DNA of 64,000 bases from Marinicella sp. Lineage in GTDB: Bacteria; Pseudomonadota; Gammaproteobacteria; Xanthomonadales; Marinicellaceae. Positions 39,635 through 47,681 of this stretch are shown piece by piece. Within the stretch, counting starts at the first letter, position 1; each line of letters starts with the position of its first letter. The stretch lies in assembly GCA_965230295.1 (NCBI GenBank), contig OZ246001.1, positions 1,184,001 through 1,248,000 of the forward strand, in the 5' to 3' direction. The notes beneath the pieces are model-generated. The model was given only the letters and a program-made list of their open reading frames with translations. It was not told the DNA's origin and did no database searches. A program made the translations under genes and the position numbers.

Positions 39635-39662
39635 TATACCCCTGCCAACCAAAAAGGTTGCA
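39635..39662 (-). promoter_or_regulatory. Putative autoregulatory ECF promoter
   Basis: Minus strand TGCAAC-N16-GGTATA about 30 nt upstream of the sigma start; resembles SigW-type TGAAAC-N16-CGTA. Confidence 0.55.
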
Positions 39663-39677
39663 TTTTGAGTGAAAAAA

Positions 39678-40280
39678 TTACTGACAGCTTTTAACTTCTT
39701 GTTGAACAGCTTGCTCATCCACCACATAACACTGGTCTAACATGGAACAATAACAGGCCTCAAAGCCAAAATCAAAACGGATGTCATTCAACAACTCCCA
39801 CAACTCACTGGTGTCTTCAGCATATTTGAATTTCAGAAACACATGCACATCTTGACCGGCAATGATGGTGTTGGTCAAAGGACTGGTAATGAACCAGGGT
39901 AATTCGCCAGCGGCCTGCTTTTCTTGGGTATAAAATTTCTTGACCACCGATTCACAACAATCATGTAACAACCTGAAAATATTGGGGTAGGATTTATTTC
40001 GATAACTGAATTCAACAGAGCGTATCAAAGCAGGCCCAATGCCGGCATTTTTCAAGGAAAAATTGATCACCCTTTCATCGTCTCCCATGGCATTGCCATG
40101 TCCATATTGCAACATCGGCAAGGTCATGGCTTTGACTTGCTTGTTGGCGGCATCGGCTTGCAAATAAGTGGCATAGAAAGAAGCGGCTGAAATCAAAATG
40201 GCACACACCGCAATGATAAAGTTCAAACGTTCACCACTGGGTTTTTCAGTTTGGTGAATAATCTCTTCGGGTTCTGACAT
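39678..40280 (-). CDS. Hypothetical single-TM protein
   Basis: TM IIAVCAILISAASF; NAGIGPA; CYCSMLDQC. Confidence 0.7.
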   Translation of the reverse strand: MSEPEEIIHQTEKPSGERLNFIIAVCAILISAASFYATYLQADAANKQVKAMTLPMLQYGHGNAMGDDERVINFSLKNAGIGPALIRSVEFSYRNKSYPNIFRLLHDCCESVVKKFYTQEKQAAGELPWFITSPLTNTIIAGQDVHVFLKFKYAEDTSELWELLNDIRFDFGFEACYCSMLDQCYVVDEQAVQQEVKSCQ

Positions 40281-40382
40281 AAGTGACTAACCTCTGTGCT
40301 TGGTTGTTATTTTTCTGAATAAATCATTTACTTTCAACGCTGGTGAACTATGATATTCAGGATCAGACAATAAGGATATCAC

Positions 40383-40922
40383 ATGCACATAGTATTGGCA
40401 CTGGCTGGAGCCATCATCACCATCTTAATTCTCATGCGCCGCTTGGGCGATGCAGGCATTACCCTCGATAGCTTTAATCCGTTTGCATGGTATCGCAAAC
40501 ACAAGTGGTTGAGACGTTACCACACCAAACCATTATTCACCATTGACGACCCACAAAAAGTCGCGGCATTGTTGATTGTCTCTGTCGCCAAAGCTGATGG
40601 CCTCATTTCAATTGAAGAAAAAAATCAAATACTTGATATGTTTGAAAAAGAATTTGGCCACAGCAAAGAAGACGCTTCAGGTCTGTTTACCTCAAGTGCA
40701 TTTTTCTTGAAAGATGAAGATGAAATATCACCCCTTGTCCCAAAAATTCTTGAAATATCCGCTGCTAAATTCACAGAAAATCAAATCACATTTACTGTCG
40801 AGTGCATGAATAAAATATCTTCACTGAGTGCAGAAAACGCAACCAGCAAAGATAAAATCATCCATGAGTTCAAAAAGTACTTTGAAAGGCTTCACAAGAA
40901 ATCAAAATTTGACAGTGTCTGA
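40383..40922 (+). CDS. TerB-family protein
   Basis: ALLIVSVAKADGLISIEEK; N-terminal anchor. Confidence 0.75.
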   Translation: MHIVLALAGAIITILILMRRLGDAGITLDSFNPFAWYRKHKWLRRYHTKPLFTIDDPQKVAALLIVSVAKADGLISIEEKNQILDMFEKEFGHSKEDASGLFTSSAFFLKDEDEISPLVPKILEISAAKFTENQITFTVECMNKISSLSAENATSKDKIIHEFKKYFERLHKKSKFDSV

Positions 40923-41547
40923 TCTATTTTATAATACCAGCCAATCGATCGATGAAATCTACCCAGATCTTTTCTTACTGAGAAAATTCACATCCTTGGA
41001 ATCTTTATTGGACGACATCAAAAAAACAGTGTCCGCCGCCCCTTTCAGGTTCATGTACACACCAGGTGGTAAACGACTGAACATTTCCATGACCAACTGT
41101 GGTGATGTGGGTTGGATCAGCGAAGCCAGTGGATACCGTTATTCAGCATCAGACCCGACATCTGACCAACCTTGGCCTGAAATGCCAGCTTCATTCAAGT
41201 CTTTGGCCAAACAAGCTGCCAACTTGGCAGATTTTCCGGGGTTCGAACCCAATGCCTGCTTGATTAACCATTACAAAATGGGTCAAGAGTTAACCGCTCA
41301 TCAAGACAAAAACGAACCCGATCTGTCCCAACCCATCGTGTCTGTTTCCCTTGGCATGAGTGCCCGTTTTCAAATTTATGGTGATGCCAGAAACAACAAA
41401 CCGCAAGACATAGAACTGTATGACGGCGATGTGTTGGTTTGGGGTCGCACGGCGCGTTTGATCTACCATGGGGTGAAAACCAACCGCAGCCAACCACACC
41501 CTGTCTTGGGACCCCATCGGATTAACCTCACCTTGCGCAAGGTTTAA
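40915..41547 (+). CDS. alkB: DNA oxidative demethylase AlkB
   Basis: TPGG..SMTNCG, GYRYS, ACLINHY, HQD, VSLG, YHGV, RINLTLR; probable GTG start at 40915. Confidence 0.92.
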   Translation: MSDLFYNTSQSIDEIYPDLFLLRKFTSLESLLDDIKKTVSAAPFRFMYTPGGKRLNISMTNCGDVGWISEASGYRYSASDPTSDQPWPEMPASFKSLAKQAANLADFPGFEPNACLINHYKMGQELTAHQDKNEPDLSQPIVSVSLGMSARFQIYGDARNNKPQDIELYDGDVLVWGRTARLIYHGVKTNRSQPHPVLGPHRINLTLRKV

Positions 41548-41580
41548 CCGTCTATTTATCAAAATGCCCTAACCGCACAC

Positions 41581-41625
41581 TGAGCGGAGTCGAAGTGAGC
41601 GGAGTCGAAGTGAGCAGAGTCGAGA
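41581..41625 (+). repeat. 15-bp tandem repeat, three copies (REP-like half site)
   Basis: TGAGCGGAGTCGAAG x2 plus TGAGCAGAGTCGAGA. Confidence 0.85.
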
Positions 41626-41711
41626 TAAAACTAACCTTGAAATGAAAAAATCTTTGGCGCAATCTCTTGTTAGATTACGCATGTATGTATATACACTGGA
41701 CGAGAACCAAC

Positions 41712-43157
41712 ATGACACATAAATTTGGCCTGTTTTTTTTACTGTTAGTTATAAGCGTTGCATGGGCCGGACCTTCAATTTGGAATCTGGGAACCTCACC
41801 CACTTCAGAAGTATTCAATGGTATCGCATCGGCTGATGGTAATTTTATTATCGCGGTGGGTGAGAATGGCACCATTGTCCATTTCAAAGACGGTGACAGC
41901 GGCACACTGATACCTTCAGGCACCACCGAGGAGTTATATGATGTCTATGTTGCTTCCCCCAATATGGCTGTAGCTGCCGGAGAGGACATTGTATTGTTGT
42001 GGGATGGCATCCAATGGGACCCCATTCAAACTGGCAACACCGACACCATTTATACCGGCGCTTGGATTTCACCCGAACAAGACGTGGTGCTGTTTGAATC
42101 CTTGGGCCAGTTCAATGTGATATGCCCCTATTTACCTGATGAAACCAACCAGCCCTTTTGTCGCGCGTATTCACAACCCATGCTCACTGCTTGCGGTAAC
42201 AGCAACGACATCAAAATGTTGATGGCCAGCGGTGACATTCAACATGTGGATAACTTCTTAGGTGATTTAAGTAACGGACAACCTTTACATACCGAAGCTG
42301 TGCCTTTGTTTTTAACAGCCATTTGGGCACCACCTCTGGCCTGCCTGCCAGGCTCCATTGAGCCTGAAGAGCTGTTTGCCATCAGGAGTGGCAATGAATT
42401 TTGGCATTTTGATGGTGCTGAATGGTCCAACATGAATGCCAATGTGCCTTTCGGCCAAACCCTCACCTGGCTCAGCGGCACCAGTAACCGCAACATCATT
42501 GCCATTGGATTCAAAGACGATGGCATGGGTGGTAATGAAGGGGTGGTATGGATCTACGATGGGCAAAACTGGACTGAAGACTCCAACCTGCCTGCTGGCA
42601 CCCCAGGTTTGACGGATATCGTGGCACATATCAATTTGCCGGATTTAATTTTTGCGACAGGTTTTGAATCTGGAACGCTCAACAGGACGATAGACGACTC
42701 CAGGATAGACATATTGGCAGCAGCAGAAAATGGTCGATATATTTTTACCAATCAACTCTTCCCTCCGACACCCACTGACTTATCCATCGACAAGCGCTTG
42801 CTGACACCAGAACCCATCACCCAGGGACAACAAGTCATCTTTGAAATTGAGGCGCAAAATTTGGGCAGTGAAACCGCCACCAATGTACGCATGACTGATG
42901 CCTACAACCCCAATTTACAGTTGGTGACTGACAATTGTGGCATGACTCAATTCAATGTTTATGTGGGCTGGCGTTATCGTGAACTGAATCTCCCATCGAT
43001 GGATGCAGGTGAGGTATTTACTTGTACCATGGTGTTTGCGGCCGTTGGTGTACCTGGTGATAATTTATATAATTACGCCCAAATTGATGGTGTAGCCGAC
43101 AACAATTACAGCAATAACCGCAGCGATGTCAAAAATGTATTTATTCAAGCGCCATGA
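41712..43157 (+). CDS. Secreted beta-propeller protein with an internal DLIFATGFE tag and C-terminal DUF11 domain
   Basis: Signal peptide; AVGENGTIVHF, WDG.QW and HFDGAEW blades; DLSIDK..N.G...ATNV..NN DUF11 pattern. Confidence 0.78.
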   Translation: MTHKFGLFFLLLVISVAWAGPSIWNLGTSPTSEVFNGIASADGNFIIAVGENGTIVHFKDGDSGTLIPSGTTEELYDVYVASPNMAVAAGEDIVLLWDGIQWDPIQTGNTDTIYTGAWISPEQDVVLFESLGQFNVICPYLPDETNQPFCRAYSQPMLTACGNSNDIKMLMASGDIQHVDNFLGDLSNGQPLHTEAVPLFLTAIWAPPLACLPGSIEPEELFAIRSGNEFWHFDGAEWSNMNANVPFGQTLTWLSGTSNRNIIAIGFKDDGMGGNEGVVWIYDGQNWTEDSNLPAGTPGLTDIVAHINLPDLIFATGFESGTLNRTIDDSRIDILAAAENGRYIFTNQLFPPTPTDLSIDKRLLTPEPITQGQQVIFEIEAQNLGSETATNVRMTDAYNPNLQLVTDNCGMTQFNVYVGWRYRELNLPSMDAGEVFTCTMVFAAVGVPGDNLYNYAQIDGVADNNYSNNRSDVKNVFIQAP

Positions 43158-43290
43158 ATTGAAATAAGTAGCTGAGCTATCATTGTGGTTTAAACCGAAT
43201 GACATCACTCACAGTTTTTCAACATACCAACGCAGTTAACACACATCAAAATAGCGTTGTCTCTAACAAACTGTGGGTGATTTCTTACTA

Positions 43291-43452
43291 ACTCATCTAA
43301 TACATCTTTCGCAGCCGGTTTTTCCGCAGGAAAAGAAGGGAAGAAAGATACACCCATGGATGCGGTTGGATTGCGCAGCAATTCAGAGCAGACTCATCTG
43401 ATGCATCTTTCGCAGCCGGTTTTTCAGCAGGGAAAGAAGGGAAGAAAGATAC
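43291..43452 (+). repeat. 61-bp imperfect direct repeat, two copies (period 101 bp)
   Basis: ACTCATCT..CATCTTTCGCAGCCGGTTTTTC.GCAGG.AAAGAAGGGAAGAAAGATAC at 43291-43351 and 43392-43452. Confidence 0.85.
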
Positions 43453-43841
43453 TAACGATGCTGGTCTATGAGAATCGCATTGCCATCCGGATCCACCAAA
43501 CTGATGTGTCCAGGACCGGTGGCTTCATCAATATTTGAATCTTTGATAGTGACTCCGGCATCAACCAGGTGCTGATGTATGGCTCTGACATCGGTGAAAT
43601 CATCCACATTGTTACATTTGCTGTCCCAACCCGGATTGAAGGTCAAGATGTTGCTATCGAACATGCCTTGAAACAAACCGATGGTGTGGTCACCATTGCG
43701 CAGAATTAACCAGTTTTGATCTTGTTCACCACCAATCACTTCGAAACCGAGGTGTCCATAAAATGCTTTAGAAGTGGCGATGTCTTTGACCGCCAGACTG
43801 ACTGAAAACGCCCCCAGTGGCATGGTTTTTTGAGCTGTCAT
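43452..43841 (-). CDS. VOC/glyoxalase family protein
   Basis: LGAFSVSLAVKDI, IGLFQGMF, DPDGNAILIDQH. Confidence 0.9.
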   Translation of the reverse strand: MTAQKTMPLGAFSVSLAVKDIATSKAFYGHLGFEVIGGEQDQNWLILRNGDHTIGLFQGMFDSNILTFNPGWDSKCNNVDDFTDVRAIHQHLVDAGVTIKDSNIDEATGPGHISLVDPDGNAILIDQHR

Positions 43842-43988
43842 ATTGACCTCCATAAAATATTGAACAGGTCCATATACTAACCACAAACGAATTAAGCTGC
43901 ATCACCCATGTGGGTGAAATACCACTTTCAAGTCATTTTTTGGCCTGTTCATGTTAAAATTTTTTGTTCAAAACAGCGGCTATTTCTC

Positions 43989-44855
43989 ATGAATAATGAC
44001 CTCATCAAACGTATCATAGAACCCAGACTGAAAGACCTGGGAGGCTTTTCAGTGCGACGGGTATTGCCCATCGCCCAACAAAAAACCATTGGTCCCTGGA
44101 TCTTTTTCGACCACATGGGTCCGGCAAATTTCCCAGCCGGCAAAGGCATTGATGTCAGACCCCATCCGCACATAAACCTGGCGACCGTCACTTATTTATT
44201 TGAAGGTGAGATCCTGCATCGGGACTCGTTGGGTTCCTTGGCATCCATTGTTCCTGGAGACATCAACTTGATGGTGGCTGGTAAGGGCATTGTACATTCT
44301 GAACGTGAACGGGACGAAATCAGAAACCAAGACCATCGCTTGCACGGCTTGCAATTGTGGTTAGCACTGCCTGAAGCCGACGAAGAAACAGAGCCTGCTT
44401 TTTACCATTATGACCGAGCAGACATACCTGGAACACGGATCGATGACATTCCTGTCAGGGTGTTGATGGGTTCAGCATATGGCATCACTTCTCCTGTCAA
44501 AGTGTTCGCTGAGACCCTTTATATTGAAGCGACTTTACAACAAGGACAATCACTGATATTACCTGAAACTGAAGAACGTGGACTCTACATAGCCAAAGGT
44601 CAAGTTCGATTGTCAGGTAACCTCATTGAGACTTACCACATGGTTGTCATGAACCCTGGTGAAGCCAAAATCACTGCTTTAGGAGATGACACCCGCATTG
44701 CGCTGGTGGGTGGTGCACACATCGGCAAACGCTACATTGATTGGAATTTTGTCTCATCTCGTCCACAACGCATTGAACAAGCCAAAGATGACTGGCAGGC
44801 GCAACGGTTCCCTAAAGTGCCTGGTGACGAAGAAGAGTACATCCCGTTGCCTTGA
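43989..44855 (+). CDS. Pirin family protein
   Basis: FFDHMGP, HPH, HRDSLG, GIVHSE, LQLW, WNFVSS. Confidence 0.95.
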   Translation: MNNDLIKRIIEPRLKDLGGFSVRRVLPIAQQKTIGPWIFFDHMGPANFPAGKGIDVRPHPHINLATVTYLFEGEILHRDSLGSLASIVPGDINLMVAGKGIVHSERERDEIRNQDHRLHGLQLWLALPEADEETEPAFYHYDRADIPGTRIDDIPVRVLMGSAYGITSPVKVFAETLYIEATLQQGQSLILPETEERGLYIAKGQVRLSGNLIETYHMVVMNPGEAKITALGDDTRIALVGGAHIGKRYIDWNFVSSRPQRIEQAKDDWQAQRFPKVPGDEEEYIPLP

Positions 44856-46007
44856 TCAGGCTTCAACCTGGGGCTGCTCAATCGGCTGTAAAAATGCTTT
44901 GATTTCACTGGCTTGGTTCATGGCATCTTGGTGGCCCAGGTCGATCAAAGCCTTGGTGTAACTGGGTTCAAAAAGCAAATATGAAGGCATGCGCCAGTCT
45001 TTTCCCCAACCCCCAATCATTTTCAATAAAGTCTTGACCGGGCTGGGTATACAATCAGCATGGGCTGCAGTGATGTCCCTGACATCCACACTGGGTTTGA
45101 TAATCAGGGTTTGGATGGGTCGCAAATGAACTTGCTTGCGATTTTTTTCCGGTATCATATCTAATGTACGGTTGATGCGTTTCAATCGTGACAAGTCAGC
45201 CATCATGGTGTCCATAAAAATGGTGTCTAACATATAACCACCCAATTCACCCATACTCGGATATTCCCCTGGCTCGTCAGGCACGTTGATTGGGCTTTCA
45301 TCTCGGGTACCAATGACCAATATACGATCAGCACCTAAGTGAACAGCCGGTGACAAGGGTGCTGTCATACGCAAACCACCATCACCGTAGTATTCATTAC
45401 CTATCAGTTGAGCAGGAAACAAAAATGGTAAGGCAGTTGATGCCATGATGTGTTCAACAGTGATGTCCTCGCGCAAGCCCACTCGACGCGTGCGGTGCCA
45501 GGGAATTGCCGCTTCGTTGGCCTGGAAAAAACATTTGGCTATGGCAGTGTCGTATGAAGAGGCGGTGATCGATAACCCATCTAATACACCTTCATCAATC
45601 GCTTCTTGAATTTGTGGCAGCCGCAATTCACGCCGCAGTAATTCTGCCAACGGTGCATTGTCTAGCAAGGAATTGGGTGGTTTGACACCAAACCGACCCA
45701 ACAACACCGATCCGATCACTTTGGCCATGGTTTTGAAAATTTGTCTGGCATCGGTTCGGTAAACATCCGGACAATGGATGGTTGACCAAAAATGATGTAA
45801 ACGGGCGATCCCATGGCGCTGATTTTTGGCATGAGAGGCCATCACCACCGCATTGATTGCACCCGCAGAGGTGCCATTGACGATGGGGAAATGAAATCCT
45901 TCTGGCATGAATTCCATAATGGCCTTGATGACCCCGACCTGATAAGCACCACGAGCGCCACCGCCAGGCAGCATCAATGCTGTCTTGTGTAATACCGAAT
46001 CCAACAT
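44856..46007 (-). CDS. Patatin-like phospholipase
   Basis: GGGARGAYQ, GTSAG, DGG. Confidence 0.93.
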   Translation of the reverse strand: MLDSVLHKTALMLPGGGARGAYQVGVIKAIMEFMPEGFHFPIVNGTSAGAINAVVMASHAKNQRHGIARLHHFWSTIHCPDVYRTDARQIFKTMAKVIGSVLLGRFGVKPPNSLLDNAPLAELLRRELRLPQIQEAIDEGVLDGLSITASSYDTAIAKCFFQANEAAIPWHRTRRVGLREDITVEHIMASTALPFLFPAQLIGNEYYGDGGLRMTAPLSPAVHLGADRILVIGTRDESPINVPDEPGEYPSMGELGGYMLDTIFMDTMMADLSRLKRINRTLDMIPEKNRKQVHLRPIQTLIIKPSVDVRDITAAHADCIPSPVKTLLKMIGGWGKDWRMPSYLLFEPSYTKALIDLGHQDAMNQASEIKAFLQPIEQPQVEA

Positions 46008-46035
46008 CCCATCATTATAACCAGAAGCCCCGCTG

Positions 46036-47550
46036 TCAGCTGAGCTTTTCTCTGACTTGCGGCAGGATGCGCTTACTGACGGGCACAACAGCACCCTGAG
46101 AAAGCACCAATTGACCCGCCCCGGATGGGTTGCGCTCAAGTGAGTTGATTAAAGTGGTGTTGACCAGATAAGATCGGTGGGTTTTTAGAAACGTGGTTGG
46201 CAGACGCAATGACAATTCTGTGATGCTGCCATGAAACAATTTCACGTCGCCGTTGACGTCAAATAATTCAACATAATCACCCGCACCTTTGCAATAAGCC
46301 AAATCTCTGATCAGTTGCCACTCGGTCTTGCCGGCACTGCGAATCTCAATTTTTTCAGTGCTGTCCTGCATGGTTTTTTGTTCAATAATCTGTTGCAACT
46401 GATCAGCCCTGGCTTGGTATTTCAACTGCAATTTTTTGTCTAACGCGGCCTGTTTGGCTTGTTGGGCCATCAACAAGAAAATCAACAAAGCAACGAAATA
46501 GTAATAGACCGTATCGATAAAACTATACGCACTCAAAAAGATCATCAAAATAAAACCCAACAACAAAAACAACACAAACCTGGCTTGGGGTTGACCCAAG
46601 TACCAGGCTCTGCTTGAATAGGCCATGGCCACCGCTACTGACAACATGATGGCCAACAAGCTTTTTGAATCAAAACCTGGGATCACCCAAATGACACCCA
46701 TCAACACAACGGCTGTCACCAACCAATGAATCATTCGTTTCTTGATGGGCATTGTTTGGAGTACATAAGCCAATAAGCTGAGCCCGAAACCCAAGGAAAA
46801 CAGCAAGATGGCCATCAGGCGCAAGTCGTGCCATGGGTAGGAATATGCATGTATACCTCTGATGACTTCCACAAACAGTTGGGCGGCAGCCAACACAGCC
46901 ATTAATGGCAACAAAAACACATGTCGCGGCATGCGATTCAGCCAGGCCATTAAAGTTAAATAGAAAAATCCCAATAACAACACCCCAAAAGGCAACAGTG
47001 AAGGCCAGTAATAGCGCAAGATGCCGTTGGTCGGGCGCTGATAGGTTCCCAATGATATGCTGTGAATGGGGTGGGCCAGGCGAATGAATCCATGGTGTGC
47101 GGACAACAGCAATTGCAGTTGATTATCGACCGGTTGCAAAAGATCAATGGGTAGATGTATCACGGCATCAATTTGTCCTGCCACCTCATTCTCTGCCATG
47201 CGGGCCGGCTGGCCATTGTTGCCTAAGATTTGTCCATTGAAATACACCTGTGCGCTGGTTTTACCAGAAATGAACAAACCCAGCGGTTGCATTGAATGCA
47301 AGGTGTCCATTTCCACATCCAAATCCACGGCCACCCATAACAGTCGACCTTGCGGGTCCAGTTGGTCAATGTTCAGGTCATGGCAGTTGGCCGACAAAAA
47401 ATCCGGTTGGGTGGTGGCAGTGATCACTGTACCATCCACCACACAGACTCGTGCCATACCGGTTTGGTTCAAACTGATGGCCACAGCTGCTGCGCATGAG
47501 CACAGTAAGATCAGCAAGATCAGGATTTTAAAATGCCATGAATCATTCAT
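46036..47550 (-). CDS. Membrane-bound one-component LytTR regulator (periplasmic domain, 7TM region, LytTR)
   Basis: About seven TM helices; GAGDYVE, FLKTHRSYLVN, VPVSKR. Confidence 0.85.
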   Translation of the reverse strand: MNDSWHFKILILLILLCSCAAAVAISLNQTGMARVCVVDGTVITATTQPDFLSANCHDLNIDQLDPQGRLLWVAVDLDVEMDTLHSMQPLGLFISGKTSAQVYFNGQILGNNGQPARMAENEVAGQIDAVIHLPIDLLQPVDNQLQLLLSAHHGFIRLAHPIHSISLGTYQRPTNGILRYYWPSLLPFGVLLLGFFYLTLMAWLNRMPRHVFLLPLMAVLAAAQLFVEVIRGIHAYSYPWHDLRLMAILLFSLGFGLSLLAYVLQTMPIKKRMIHWLVTAVVLMGVIWVIPGFDSKSLLAIMLSVAVAMAYSSRAWYLGQPQARFVLFLLLGFILMIFLSAYSFIDTVYYYFVALLIFLLMAQQAKQAALDKKLQLKYQARADQLQQIIEQKTMQDSTEKIEIRSAGKTEWQLIRDLAYCKGAGDYVELFDVNGDVKLFHGSITELSLRLPTTFLKTHRSYLVNTTLINSLERNPSGAGQLVLSQGAVVPVSKRILPQVREKLS

Positions 47551-47587
47551 CCGAACATACTATCGTGTTTTTAAAACCTCGCCAAGC

Positions 47588-47621
47588 CCGTTGACCGAAA
47601 ATACCTGACCGTTGACCGAAA
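47588..47621 (+). promoter_or_regulatory. LytTR-type direct-repeat operator
   Basis: CCGTTGACCGAAA x2 at a 21-bp period between the LytTR gene and the hydrolase. Confidence 0.75.
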
Positions 47622-47681
47622 CACTGAGTCAGGTGGCATTTGGCTTTGTTACAGTGGTTATTTTAAACACGGGTATTACAC

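Noticed and set aside
43291-43452. Possible mini-CRISPR array
   Set aside because: Only two 61-bp units and no cas genes in the window; kept as a plain repeat.
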